Assembly: GCF_009914755.1 (NCBI RefSeq) | Contig: NC_060928.1 | DNA length: 64,000 bases | Direction: 5' to 3' (one strand) | Origin: the human T2T-CHM13v2.0 reference genome, Homo sapiens | Part shown: positions 15,546 through 30,260 of the stretch, piece by piece | Numbering within the stretch: position 1 is the stretch's first letter | Layout of the letters: each line of letters opens with the position of its first letter | Made by a program: the position numbers and the translations under genes | The notes under the pieces: generated by a model | The model's database searches: none | Told to the model about the DNA's origin: nothing | What the model saw: the letters and a program-made list of their open reading frames with translations, nothing else

Positions 15546-15920
15546 GGAAATCACCACGCATCGTTTTATGAGCATTTTATAATGGGTGCCTACTATGTGT
15601 CAACTGTGTGCAAAGGAGAGAGACACAAAGAGAAACTCAGCTTCACAAAATACTCTGCTAGTTTAATTTTAGTTTAACCAAAGCAATGGAGGAAGGCAGA
15701 GGAAGAGAAACACAGATCATCCCCAGTCATAGTTTTTTAAAAAAATTAGTCAAAGAAAGTTAAGAAAAAAAGATTGTGTGTAAAATATAAGTAATCTTAA
15801 ATCTGGGTCTTAATCTAGGTGATTAACTGCAGGTACCTGCTACATGTCTCAGATCCTCCTTGTCAAGTTATTCATTAACATTCTTTTCATCAATCTGTCC
15901 ATCAAGAAATCCATGACATG

Positions 15921-16630
15921 CAATTATTAAAAAGTCAGGAAACAGAGATGCTGGAGAGGCTGTGGAGAAATAGGAACGTTTTTACACTGTTGGTGGGAGT
16001 GTAAATTAGTTCAACCATTGTGGAATACAGTGTGGAGATTCCTCAAGGATCTAGAACCACAAATACCATTTGACCCAGCAATCCCATTACTAGGTGTATA
16101 CCCAAAGGATTATAAATCATTCTACTATAAAGACACATGCACATGTATGTTTTTTGCAGCACTATTTACAATGGCAAAGACATGGAACGAACCCAAAGGC
16201 CCATCAATGATAGACTGGATAAAGCAAATGTGGCACATATACACCGTGGAATACTATGCAACCATAAAAAAGAATGAGATCACGTCCTTTGCAGGGACAT
16301 GGATGAAGCTGGAAGCCATCATTCTCAGCAAACTAACACAGGAACAGAAAACCAAACACCACTTGTTCTCACTCATAAGTGGGAATTGAACAAGGAGAAC
16401 ACATGGACACAGGGAGGGGAACAACACACACTGGAGCCTGTTGTGGGGTGGAAGACAAGGGGGAGGGAGAGCATTAGGACAAACGCCTAATGCATGCAGG
16501 GCTTAAAACCTATATGACGGGTTGACAGGTACAGCAAACCACCATGGCACATGTATACCTATGTAACAAACCTGCACATTCTGCACATGTATCCTAGAAC
16601 TTAAAGTAAAATTTAAAACATTTAAAAAAA
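15921..16630 (+). mobile_element. L1PA (PA7/8-like) 5'-truncated 3' end
   Basis: The ORF at 16018-16389 is L1 ORF2 C-terminus; 17-bp TSD aagaaatccatg(a/c)catg at 15904-15920 and 16629-16645. Confidence 0.95.
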
Positions 16631-17151
16631 GAAATCCATGCCATGGCTTGAATGTAGGTTGGAAGATGAATCAAAGGTACAATGCATTCTGACAGTTTCA
16701 AAGAGGAATGCAGCTTGTCCAGCCTACGCTAATGTGGACTCTCACAGTTCCTTGTGCCAGCAATGCTTTATCAAGGACTTCATATGACAGCTATGTTTTG
16801 TTCTATGAAACTGAACACTTGATTTTTATCATAATCATTCCTAAAAATAGTGATTTCATCTCTAATACATGAGTTGAATATTAATCGTAAAACAAATCTT
16901 AGGGAGGACAGCATAATTTTGATGCAATCCTAGTAGCAATTTCTGAATAGCCTTTGCTTCAATAGTTTGGAATATGTATTGTTTAGGTACCCAAGGCAGT
17001 CTAGAAGTAGCTATTTGAATCTATGTGGTAGGGGAATCAATAGTCCTTCTAAACCTGGGTGATGGCGTATTTGTATACTAGGGCAGCTATAAACTGAAAA
17101 ATCTTAAATATGGGACTGAAAATACATACAATCACCAAACAACACTCATGA

Positions 17152-17154
<3 letters not shown>

Positions 17155-17194
<40 letters not shown>
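17155..17194. repeat. (GT)20 microsatellite
   Basis: Read directly. Confidence 0.97.
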
Positions 17195-17197
<3 letters not shown>

Positions 17198-17307
17198 CCC
17201 CTAGGTTAAGGTCCTCTTAAGCATAAACTAATTCTAGCTAGCTTTCCAAAACAGAAGGAGAGGAGATTTGAAAAATACTAAGGTAATGTATGAAGGATGG
17301 GTTAAAG

Positions 17308-17535
17308 TTCAGGTTTTATCAACCTAAGCCCTATTGACATTTTGGGCTGGATAATACTTTGTCTGGGGGCGGAGGTAGGGGTGTTTGTGGGAGAGCTGTA
17401 CATTGTAGAATGTTTAGCAGCATTCCTGGCCTCTTTCTGCTAGATGCCAGTAGTAGCCCCCTAGCTGTAATAACCAAAAATGTCTCCAGATATTGGCAAA
17501 TATCCCCTAGAAGCAAAATTGCACGAGCCACTGGT
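17308..17535 (-). mobile_element. MER20 (hAT-Charlie)
   Basis: ctattgacattttgggctggataat ... aaccaaaaatgtctccagatattggcaaatatcccc ... ccactg. Confidence 0.85.
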
Positions 17536-17559
17536 TTAAATGATCAAAAGATGGGAACG

Positions 17560-17990
17560 GCAAGGATACAGCTAGCCTCTGCAACAACTAAACCAGATAT
17601 TTAAAACTCCTCTAGAACTCTCTTAACTCCTACTTGTTTTGTCTGCATTTTAGCCTTAATTTTCTCATTGCAGCTCAGCAATGAAAACTGGCCACCAACA
17701 GCTCCCGAGCTTTGTTTGCTGAAATCCAGGCCTCTGGACTAAGAATAATTCTTTTTCCTAATTCCAATTAAAAAAAAAAATCTTAGGAAAGGATTCTGAT
17801 TGGCCTGATTTGAGTCTGGTTGCTACCCCTGGTCCATGACCTAGAGAGTAGAAGATACTATGGAAACACAGCAGCTTGTACTGAAACCACTTGATTGAAG
17901 CCAGAGTGGGGATGAGTTCCCAGGAAGAAGGCAGGCACTATTGTTGACAGAAGGGTGGTTTCAGGACCAAGAATAGGTATGTGCCACAAT
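17560..17990 (-). mobile_element. Old MLT1-type LTR fragment
   Basis: ggaaaggattctgattggcctgatttgagtc ... cccctggtcc motif. Confidence 0.5.
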
Positions 17991-20900
17991 CATCTACTGC
18001 TGATTAACAAGCACACCATAGAGCAAACAGCCAGGACATTACCAGTCCTGTATAATACTGAACTAGATTTGCTTTTCTGCATTTCAGGCACGTTTGTGAG
18101 TTAGGTACTCTGGGAAGCATGAGTTGGTAAGCAGGTAAGCAGAATACACAATATCTAAGCTTGAAGGCTTTTTCACCAACGTATCTTACAGTGACTTCCT
18201 GGATGACACATTTAAGTAACCCACAGATGAAAACTGGGAATATTGTTACTAAATATTGCTCAAAGTTAGACATGGCAAAAAGCTGGCAGTTGGTATGCTT
18301 TGTGGGCTATTAATAAAATATACTTTTAACATGCGACTCTGCCTCAGTCAACAGAAGACCATAATTGACCAACCATTGCTCAGTTTGTGGGCTGACAGAA
18401 AACCAAATGTTTGCCTTGAAACTCCAACTGGGTTCAAGAATAAAATCCAGGAATATAATAATAATATACATATCAAACGGACATAAGGGTATTCAATTTG
18501 GAATTTAAAGAAGGAAGCAGTCTAAGCTGAAAAATTTTAAGACTTCCCAGAGAATGAGAGGAGACAGACACAGGAAATCCTTCCCTGGTTGTCTCTTTAG
18601 GAAACCTCAGAAATTCGGTTCTATGTTAAGTAAAGAAGTACCTGTACTTTGAGAGTGGAGATTCTGATAGAGGGGGGGACCCTCGTCTGGCCTGGATCTC
18701 AAATCTCAGCTTTGCCTTAGGCAAGCCAGAGCTCATGGGGTTTCCCATTCATCTGGGATCTTCCAGTAGAAGTAGACTCAAGCGCCTGATTACAGCTTTA
18801 TCCCAGAAGCAGCACCACTTTATCCAGCCAGGAGCCAATCATAACCAAAGGATAGAGAAACAGGTTTGAAGAAGGAAAGGAAAGTGTGGGGGATTTCAAC
18901 CAACAGAGTCACAGACTGCTTCGTGGAAGTCATCTAATGGTCATGGCCCTCACTGCTCTGTTCTTGGATCTTATGGTTGCTTTTAGAGGCCACATTCCCC
19001 GGTGAGCAACATACTCAAATAGACACTACTGTTTTCAAAAGTAGATTATTTAAATGTGACACACTGAAAATCTCTAAAATCAGGTTAGTAAAAATCACAC
19101 TGCTACATCTTAAACAGATACCCGACAAAACAGCATGGCCAATGAAATCTTTAATGCTGAGTAAAAACTACCCCAGCACTCAATCTTGACAGCAAAGCCA
19201 GAGGTCTGGGATATCTCCTTGCTACTGCAGTAATGAATTGCCAGTTGACTGTGATGAGACAATCATAAACTTCTATTTTTTTCTTAAAAAGACTGATGTT
19301 CCATCACTGCTTTTATAAATGATGTGATTTCTTCCCCTTTTAACCTGAGGGCAGGGGTGTGATAAAGACACTGACGTCCTTAGCGGGGGTAAGGACATGT
19401 AATTACGTTAAGAGTCAATACTGGAGAAAGAACTCGAGAGGGCAGCTTCCATTGCAGGAGAGAATCCAGCCTAAAGGAGACATGACATCAACCACATACT
19501 TCAAAATCCACATGGCCAGGACTTGTATATCATGGCTTCACTGTATCAAGCGGCACCTTGAAAGTAGTAAGTATTCAATACTGTTTACTGACTATTTCTG
19601 CAAGGCTTCTCCAAGAATCATGAAGAAAAGGATACACGTAGATATATGAATCAGAAAAATGCTTCTCAGTCTTCTCACTGCAGATGGAGAAAGCAGTTCC
19701 ATAAAAATTGCCATAAGTAAAGCTATCAACTTGTTAAGCACAGCAACAGATAGTGCAGCTTCAATGGAAAATGGAGACTTCATGAATAAAATTCATTCTC
19801 TCACTGGTCTCATTAAAAACATTTAAAGTGAGAAATTTTAAAAAGTTCTATCTTTCAGTTATTTCGTTATGGCAAAAAAGAGAGTTATATGTTATTTAGA
19901 TGTGATTTCTACTAACTTTTAAAAATTCTTCACTCCTACCTTTCAATACTAAGATTCCGAATGGATGATCCACTCTGTCCTCATTTGGTCAACAAGGAGC
20001 AAGTGCCTGTCACAAGCCAGGCACTGTGTTTTAAGCAGTAATACAATAGGATAGGATAACATCCATCTAGTCTTTGATCCGAAGGAGCTTACAATCCAGT
20101 GAAAGTGGCATAAACAGGTTAATCAGAGAATATAAAATCCAAACCACCAAAGGAGGTACCCATACATTAGGTAATGAAAGCAGGAACTAGGAGGGGCCTC
20201 TGGTCTGTGGGAAAAAAAAAAAGACTAGAGAATTCTTTCTTTGGATCAGATAAGGGGGTATATGAGAGAGGATCCAAAGGGTCTCTCAAGTTCCTAGTTA
20301 GGAAGACTAATCTTTTGCCTTCTCTATGAAGATCCTAAGAAGCATACAATGGAGGCTAATTATAACAATAGTTCCATAAACTATGGGGACAGGAAGGAGG
20401 GAAGGAAATCATATTATCCAAGTTTCACAAGTAAATGTCTCATGAAAACATTCAACATAAGGTACTTGTAATCCTCTTTAAGTTTCACTTTCTCCATATA
20501 ATTCTCAGAAAGTACATTCATGCAACCAAATAAAACTGCTTCTCTCCCCAATGACAAAGTCCTTAAAAGTTCCAAAGGATAGTGAGACCTAAATGAATAA
20601 AACTTTAAAAAATAATAATATAATATACTAGGAATGGTTGTAAAATTTCTAGAAAAATTCATGGTCTAATATGCAATGATTACTTCTAATAAATACCTCA
20701 AAACATTTGTTTCCAGTGATAATTGTAATGTGAATAACTGTAAATACTAAATAATGGAAAAAAAGAACTTTGACTACCACATAAGCAGTTCTAAAAATTG
20801 TGGTCATCTTTTGTTTGCTTTGTGTTTTAAGAAAAACTTGAATAGCCAAGGTTCCTGGATAAAATTTAAATACTTTGAACTGGCTGTGGTGGTTCATGGT

Positions 20901-23199
20901 AATTAATTCTCACTTAAAGATTCATCAGATCATAAACTGACTTTATTAAGAGACACGATTTGAAATGGACTTTGAATACTATACACTGTATTTTATACTG
21001 GATACCAGTCTGATTAGTAAATGCAATAAAAATGTGTACCTAGAAAAAAACGATAAGACATCTGACAAAAGAGAGACACACGTGCTTTAGCAGTCTACAT
21101 GTATTTTTGGAGACATTAAGTGTACAACCCAACTGGAAATTACCTATAGTTTTCTAAATTTAAGAGGAAAATAAATTATTTTTTCCTAGCACATAAAAAA
21201 GAGTTATAGTCAGCAGCAACATTTTAAAGGCTACTTAAAAAAATACTACTCACTGGTAAAATCCCCTCCCCAACCCCATGCAGTCTTTTCTGCAGTGCAA
21301 ATTATTGATTTGCAGGCAAGAGTAAGTATTCCGAAAACAGCATCTGATTACAGCATAAGCTATAGCTGATACAAAAGCTTTTGTGATGAGAAAAGGCAGT
21401 ACCTCAAATCTAAGAAGGTAAAACACCAAGTAGCAAAAATGAATCCTTTAAGAACTATCAAACCAAACAAAAAATAAAATTAGATATAAATTCAACTTTT
21501 AGACTGTGGTCAATTGAGGTCTAGACAAAACCCTATGTTTGTTCATTGCCTAGTCTCCAGTCTGCTCCAAGTTTGAAAAGGTAATTGAACACAGTCTATA
21601 ATTACTGGATTAGACACAGATGGGCTCTGTACATTTCAGGGGGAAAAAAGCACTGTTTTGATTCATTTTATGATTGCCTGTAAGGTCAGACTTTTCAAAA
21701 TGTACTTTCATCTGTTAAATGGTTTCTCAAATTCCCTGGGGTATATCTTCAATAACTGTGATGTTTTAAGCAATTTGGGCCTATCAGATCCAGTCTTTGA
21801 ATATAACTAGCTGCCTATTTTCTAGTATTATAAATGTGCATGTAGGTTAATTGCTACATCTCGTACATATTTTCTGAAGTTGCAGTTTTGGAGGAAAAAA
21901 TTGAAAAATTATGCCTCTTTTCCGACAGGAATTGGCCATATTGATGATTTTCATATAAGAAAAAAATCTTTAGCTTATATACAAAGTCCATGAAAAATAT
22001 TTTCTAACTGACTCAAGTGAAAAACAGAAACAAGGAAACATCAACATTCTGCATTTAAGTTGTAAGTAAAGTAATCTTAGATACTTGCAACTGAATAATT
22101 TATAAAACAATACATTCTTGACTAACGTGCTATGCATTTTTATTTAATAACTATAAATAAATAGGAAATATTTTGTCTGTGCTAACATTAAAACTATTTT
22201 CCAATCTAAAAAAAAAGAGAAAAACTCCAAACATAACATTTTGTATCACTTGCAGTAACAATGATGTTGTTATATAACAACATATTATAAATTCATAGTG
22301 AAAAACAGTATCTAACTTGGAGAATTCAGTATTTGGTCCCTTCAGTGTAGTACCTATCTTATTTCCAAACATCCCATATTAAAACGATTTATGCAATAGC
22401 GCTATACACAAAATTTGTATGAACATTTGTGGCATACTCAGTAGCATCGGTTACAATGCCACAGAGTCTTCTTTGCTTAGTATGCTTTATCACAGAAAGT
22501 TGGTTCTCAGGCTTTAGATTTGGTCACGGGAGCTCCCGACTGTATCAAACAATCCTTTGGAAAACAGCTATAGAATTCCCAGGGCTGTTCTGAACCAGCG
22601 GTATTGGGGCTCGTCAGTACATTCTTCCCCTGATTCCCACCCACATCATGACATTAGGTGCTTCTGTTTTTTCAAAATCTCCTTTCCAATTATAGCTTCA
22701 TTTTCTATTCCCAAAATTTACTTCAGTTAGCTACTGTGATACTAAATAGAAACACCCCAACATCAGAAAAATAAAAATAGTAAGACAGTGTAGAATAAAG
22801 AATAATCCCAAAAAGTTTGTATATTTTAGGAAGTTGGTTTCTTGTTGGTGTTGTGTTTTCACACAGAAGGAAAAGGGGAATTTACAGTCACATAATTAAA
22901 ACCTAAGTTGACATTCTTCATAAAGTCACACATGTATGTAGAAAGCTTTATAATTAAAACAAAAAGATTTACAACCATGTTCAAGAAAATCTAGCAATTT
23001 TACTAACACTCTTTACAAAATGCATAAACGTGATTTATTTATAACCTCTTCCTGTCATAAAACCAAGGAGTTTCTAAACCACACAGATAATCTTGTGTTT
23101 TTAAAAACCACTAATTTCAAAAGAAGATAATATTTTACAGAGACAAATGTTCATATCACTACCTACATGAATATAGCAATCATCATTCCCTTTATAAGT

Positions 23200-23505
23200 G
23201 TTTTTTTTTTCTTTATTTTTTTTTTTTGAGATGGAGTCTCGCTCTGTTGCCCAGGCTGGAGTGTAGGTGTGGTCTTGGCTCACTGCAACCTCCACCTCCT
23301 GGGTTCAAGCGATTCTCCTGCCTCAGCCTCCTGAGGAGCTGGGATTACAGGCGCCTGCCACCACGCCTGGCTAATTTTTGTATTTTTAGTAGAGACGAGG
23401 TTTCACCATGTTGGCCAGGCTGGTCTCAAACTCCTGACCTTGTGATCCGCCTGCCTTGGCCTCCCAAAGTACTGGGATTACAGGCTTGAGCCACCACACC
23501 CGGCC
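23200..23505 (-). mobile_element. AluS (Sg/Sc-like)
   Basis: Full dimer; ctgaccttgtgatccgcc left-arm deletion form. Confidence 0.93.
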
Positions 23506-26500
23506 TATATGTGTTCTTATAAAATGTTGCAAATATAATGATCTCGCATGTGCTAAGGAAGTGGCTTTAAAACTTAAATCTATTATAAATGTGTTAAATC
23601 TTTATGCAAAATGAACAACTGCCCCAATTTATATTTCAGATATATGTGGATTTTCTTATAACGGTTTGTTAAACGTAAGATATACCTGTATTAAGTGACT
23701 AAAAGCACAGAGAACCATGTAAATGTTGTAGAAAATTATTAACAATGTTCGTCCTTACTCTCCTGAGAGCTCATGCACAAAGCCAAGATAATATCAGAAT
23801 AAGGCATTTGTATAGAAAACTATGACAGAACTTTGGCCTTGTTATTGTGCTGTTTAATTCTTTCTTCGAAAGGGTGTATACAAACTGAGTGCAACAAGCC
23901 AATCTAAATGGTAAAACTCCTAAGGGAGGAAAGTTTCTCTAAGTAAATCTATTTGTGAATTTAAATGTGAGTTTCACAGGACTGGTTACCAAAAATTGTG
24001 CCTTAATGTAGATTATAAACACATCACTACTTAAGAAAACATAAGGGTTTTTAAAAAAAAGATATACAAGCTATAAATTAATTCCTTCCTCTCTCTTTTC
24101 CTTTCTTCCTTAATTTCTTTAATTTCATTTCCAAAGTCACAGAAAACATATCTTAAAAGATTATAAAATAATGAATTTGATATTATCTGCATCAACAACA
24201 CCCAGTTCTAGCCTAGCTCTAGCTCACAACGGTTTACTTATACACACGTGCACTTTATTTTATGACATTAACGCTCTAAATAAATTGGGAGCTTAAAATC
24301 ATAAAACTGACTATAAGAAACAAAAGAAAGCCTGGAAAGATTTCTTCTTAGCCTTTCTCGAAAAAGGTCTTTCCCTTTTTAAACAATTTACATGATGTTT
24401 TATGGTTCTTTTAGAAGAGAATTGTAGTAAATGGCACTCCAAGTGGGTTGTGTGAACCCACAAACCACTCCTCATAAAAACTGCTATAATTTTCTAGGAC
24501 AGAGACAATAAAATATCATACATAAGCCAATGCAAAATCACGGTGTGACCACAGTAACAAACACATTATTTTCTTGAAAATTAAGCATGATAAAGCTGAC
24601 AAAAAGATGACAAAGAGAAAAATCTTGACAGTTTACTCAATATGCTTAACACACAAGCATTTACAGAGTTTTCCACCATTCCCTAAATGACTTGAAATAC
24701 AGGTGCTAATCTAGGACTGAAGTTTTTATATGTAGTTCATCTATTTTTAATAAGAGATTAAGAAAATTATTAACTTCATCTGTAGCTCAAGGAACACTTT
24801 AAATAACCTAATCAATCTATCTAAAGCTACTAACATTTTTGTTTCTAGTCAAATGTTAAGCTTTATGGAAAGTCCTAATGAAATTTTCAGGGAATGCATT
24901 TCCCATTTCAGACCACTAGGGACCAATAGGTGCCTTCCATTCCCGAGTCAGTTACTGAACAGTTAATAGAATTAACATGCTGCGAAAATAAGCATGTATT
25001 ACCTTCTCCCTAATAGAACCAAATCATTAGCTGTAAAACAGCTGAGAAGAACTGAACACTATATAGGCAAAAAAGGGAATGCTCAAATGAGATTTTAAAA
25101 GGACGACTAGTTCAAATGGTGTAGTTGTTAAATCATCATCTACTCTGGAAAACTTTCTACTTTCTGTTTCCCCATGGTAGAATTATTGAACAAGAAAATT
25201 GAAATACTAAAACCATGCTTTTCTAACTTAAAGGTGGATGAAACTGCAATACCACACTGATACAGAAAAATAAAGCCTGCCTAATACAATTCCCTGTAGC
25301 TGATCGCAGCAGTTTATTGCTAAGTCAGGCATGATACTGAAATTAGGATTGGTGAGCCAAGCCAAAATATCTATAAAAGAATATCATTTATCTTATGATG
25401 CAGTAATAACAGTAAAACAAAACAGCATTTTCTACTTAAACCTGTTCATAATTACAAATTCCAGTTACAACAAATGATTTAAAATATTTGCAACATTCCT
25501 TCACAGTAAAACATTGGAAGAGAATTGAAGTGAAATAAACATGAAGCCCAGAAACAAGCTAACTAGTACAAACCTTAACAGATACATTTTATTGCTTTTC
25601 AGACTCTTACATTAAAATGGTTGCTCATAACGAATTATGCTGAAATTAAATAGTATTTTTGCATATAGCTCAAAGATCCCAACTCTTTCCCAATAGGGTG
25701 CTGTTAAGGAGTATCTCAAATTCCAGGAGAATATGGCAGTGATTCGATTAAATCTGTTAAGACACTGTACACAGAAATTTGGTCTCCTTCCTTCCACACA
25801 CACAAAATATAATAAGTGCAATTCTAAAACAGTGAGCTAGAGAACAAAAGTTGAGGACATGAAATGTGAACTCATCAAATCCTTTCACATAAAAATGCAC
25901 TTTAAATATTTTTGCTTCTATATCAGACTTAAAGGAATAAGATACCTAAAAAGCTATACTATTAGATGTAAAGAACAAATAGCCACTTTTAAATAATGTG
26001 CTATTAAAAATGAATTCATTATTCTTGAAGTTAAAGTTTTGTATTATAAAATACATCGTTGTACTTGTTCAGACAGTCTAGCTGGCCTTTGTTTGTGTTT
26101 ACTGAAAATGCCTTCCATATACTTAAGGCCCCAAACCAAAGCTTCCCAAATGGAATCTGCAGAGAAAAAAAAACACTGATTCCAAAAAGAAGACTGTGCA
26201 AACAATACATAGTTCCAAGATAAATAAATGTACTCAAAGCAACAAAACTTCCTCCAGGTTAATCAAAGACTCCTGCCTAGTGAAATATATCTTTCAGAAA
26301 ACATAAGATGTCCACATGTTTAAGACTTACAATCAAAATGATCTTTAGTATCTAAAAAAATTCATCATCCCAAAAACAACATTGTACAATTTATCTAGTC
26401 TTCCAAAAAGACTTGAACAATCTTTGAAGATGAAAAACATTTTCACCACATCCTACAAAATCCCACCTGACTTCATTTACCAAAGACTACTCACCCATCT

Positions 26501-28679
26501 AACCCACCCCTCCAACCCACTCTACAGCTCTCACTAGACTCTGTTATTTGTCCAATAAAATGCAAAAGTCTGGCAAAATCCTCATAGGCAAAAAGAAAAA
26601 GTTACTGAATCTCTTTTGACTCCAAGGCCTGGTTTCCTTTAGGTCCCCTCACTGACATTTCTTTGGCCCCACAGCATGGGGTACAGGCCGATCTGCATGG
26701 CTGGCTATACAGACGTATTATGAAGCCTTTACAATTGACCACACAAACACAATACCACAATGTAGGTCAGCTTATGCACTCAAATGCCAAAGTGAAGCTT
26801 ATAGGGAAGTAAACTACAGACATAAATCTGCAAGGGTAGAATTCCACCCAATGATCCTAAAATTATTTCAAGGAATCAATCTCCAAGTATGCATCATGAA
26901 ATCAGAAGAGCCCAGTTAAGCTTTTAGAGCGGGGGAGGATAAAGAAGAAAGAAAGAAAATGAAAGACTTAAGAAGAGGCAGCAAAGGTTTCACCAATCAT
27001 TATATCATTGAGAGGGCTCAAACTACAGATGAAGTTAGAATACAGATGATTGTAGAAAGGGTATTTAAAATTATTAACTGATCAAATATTTGTAGTTGTC
27101 ATTAAAAAAAAAATACAACTTAGCAATTCAGTTCAGAAAGAAGAATATCCCCAGGAACATACACATCTGTTTAATATTACAAGCCAACTGTCAACATCCT
27201 AAGTGAAGTTTTAATTTAATATTTTTTCTTTCTTGATGTTTTACCTTTAATCAATGCCTCATGAGAGTATCAACTTTCTATAAGAAACTGTTAAATATAA
27301 AGAAATGTTATTGTAGCATGTTTATAAAATCATAGTTCGAGAACTTTTTATTTTTCCAAAGCCTGACCACAACTTAATTATCTGCAGGACATTCCAGGCT
27401 CACAATTGCAAGCTCCAGTTCCCAAGCAATTTTAAACAATATCTACTGTACAGGACAGAGGGTACACAAAAGACCGCAACATGGTTATATTTCCAAAAGT
27501 CAGCATTAGGCCCTTTAGACATGGTTTTTATTTTCATTAAACAATATTTGTTTCCTCACTAATCATTAAATGGTTTTCATCACTATTGCCTGCTTTCCTT
27601 TCACATGTCAGTTGTTAGCATCAGTGTTTGTGTTCATAATAAATATAAAAGTAATCCACCCCATCATTTAAAAATGAACACACACGACGTCTGGTTCAAT
27701 GAGTGTTAAGAGACTTAGCAATATACTCACACCCTGAATACTGATCTATTTTAATCTAGACACTTAAAAAAACGTAATGGAGTAATAGACTATACAGCCC
27801 TCTCCTTTAAATCAGATTTAAGCTTCGTGCCTGCTTATGTTATTGTGGGCACACAGATCTAATCAGTGGTTCAAGACATTTACTTGGGAAAATGAAAGAA
27901 GAAGACAGTAAGTTCATATCCCTGACCATAATGGGGAGGAGTTGAGAATATTGCCAATTCCTTTAGATGCATGAGAAAACTAGCCTGATTAAAAGTAACA
28001 CACTAGAAACTGACCGAAATGTGGAGGAGCAACTCACAGAGCACTCCAGAACTTTAGGAATAATTCTGAGAAAGTAAATTTTAAAAATAAATAAAAGCTG
28101 TATGCTATAAAGTATTAGGAACAATAAAAAATATGTGAAGTGTGGAAGAAACAAAGAAAAGTATAACAAAGTCAGAGGTAAAATTAATCATCAGTAGAAA
28201 AAAATAATCCAGCAAATAATCTGGAAAACCTTCAAGAAGTCAAGATACTTGCATTGTTGCATTGGAACTAGCAGAGTTTCCAGAAAATCAAATTATTTAA
28301 GTACAAATAAACTAATTTTGGATTTCAGATTAACTGGCCAGCAGCTATGTGAGTGCAGAGAGACAGAAATGTACAAACACATGTGTTTACTGGCGTATGT
28401 GTTTATCAAACATTCTATAGCACTTCTTATGTGCTAAGCACTTTCAAGGTGCTTTACTCAAATTAATTCTCCAAAATTAGGTACTACTTTATTCCCATTA
28501 CATAGATGAGGAAATGAGGTTAAATATTTTATCCACAGATCAGTTGCAGGAGGTGGTAGAGCCCAGAGTCCATGCTCTTAACCATCATGGCACAAATCAT
28601 TCCAGGTGACATTACCTCTAATCCAAGTAAAAACAAGCTTATTACTTGGAGGGATCCACAGGCCTACGTTCTCCATAGC

Positions 28680-29590
28680 TGCCTCCTCAGACTTCTTATT
28701 CTCTGCTGGCTTCTCAAATGTAGTCTTTTCCCAGGGACTACTCTGAGGCCCTCTTTTCTTCTGACTTGAAATTCCCCTTGGGTGATCCCACTCTTTCCTC
28801 AAGGCTTCAATCTCCATTTACATTCTGATGTCTTTTCCAGTCTAAATTCCTGGCTTAGAAATCTTTCCTCCAGTACATTTCTATATTTACAACTGCCTGG
28901 GAAACGTGTCCCTTGGGTGTTCAGCAGGCACCTCAAGTAACTACAAACCTGAACTCATCTTAACTACCTACCTATCACAATGAAAACCTCAAAGTCATCT
29001 ATAACCACTGATTCACATCTCCTACATTGAACAAGTCCCAGCTCTTCTCAAATATATCGAGTCTACTCCCTAGCTCTATAGTAACGAGCTGAGTTCAGGT
29101 CCTTGCTGTATCTTGACTAGACTTGATTACTGCAACAGCTCAACTGGTCCTCCTCCTTGCTGCCAGTCCTTCTCACCTCTGCCGAATCCACCAACTGCCA
29201 GCAGAATGATCTTTCTCAAATACATACCTAACCACATTAGTCCCCTACTGAAAACTTTTTCTAGTGCACCATGGCCTTCGAGATAATGCCATTCCTCTCC
29301 CATTCTAGGGGAATCTCTTTTTACCCTTCAAGGCTTAACTCAAAACTCACCTCTCCTGTTATGCCCTCTCCCTTTAACCCCTCCCACTGAGTTCTTCACT
29401 TCCACCTGTGTCCACAGACACTTTGATAGCAGCACTTATTAGAACATGCTTTAGTTATGTGCCTCTAAGTCTATTTTTTTCCCTAGATTATGTGTTTCTC
29501 AAAGTCAGACATTGTCTCACTCACGTTTGTACACCTAATACCTAACCTAGTTGTATGCCTGGCATATAGTTGGTGCTTAACAGTAAGTGA
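28680..29590. mobile_element. L2 fragments
   Basis: caggcacctcaag ... ttactgcaacagctc ... gcctggcatatagttggtgcttaa. Confidence 0.6.
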
Positions 29591-29699
29591 CTATGAGTAA
29601 GTGAATAAATAATTCATTCTCAGAGATACCTTCAGTTCAAAGTGGTATTTATAATGCCTAAAGCAGAGTGAATGGGCACAATTTTGAATGCAATGTACA

Positions 29700-30260
29700 T
29701 CTCTTGTTGGCCACCCCCATGCATTGCTCCCCTCCTTCTGGGAACAGCTCCCCAAATTTCCTTTGGAAACAATTCGTCCCTGATTCTCAGCCAAATGTAT
29801 TGGGTGGAAGTAACATACTGCATCAGATGCAGAGCTGGGTCCTAAATGGACCAAGCTAGGCAGTATATCCTTTTAGTGGCAACAGGAGTGGATTGAGGAT
29901 AAGAATATCACTCAATTTGAGCCAGTAAGAGAAAGTGAAACCCAGTCAAGCAAAGAGCCTCTCTCTTCCTCCAGAGGGGGCATTATGAGAAAGTGAGGCC
30001 TGCAAGTGCTGCAGCTCAGTGGCTGCCACAAAGCAAGGGCGTTAGAGGCGCCTTAAAGGCGCCAACACTGTGTGTGCAAGGCAGAACAGAGGGAGTAAGA
30101 AAAACCAGGCCTGTGGTGACACTGTTTGGTTCACCGAGTCCAGCCATGCCAGAGGTTAAGTCATACCACTAGACTTTTCAGTGATATAAATCAATAAATT
30201 CCTTTGATCACTTAAGCTAATTTGTGTTGGATTCTCTGTAACTTATAACCTTAGTAAGAC
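29700..30260 (+). mobile_element. MLT1-type (MaLR) LTR
   Basis: 3' end tcaataaattcctttg ... ttaagctaatttgtgttggattctctgtaacttataacc. Confidence 0.6.

Noticed and set aside
14136-16490. Several 70-120-aa ORFs
   Set aside because: Fragments of L1 ORF2 C-terminus, 3'UTR and their antisense frames.
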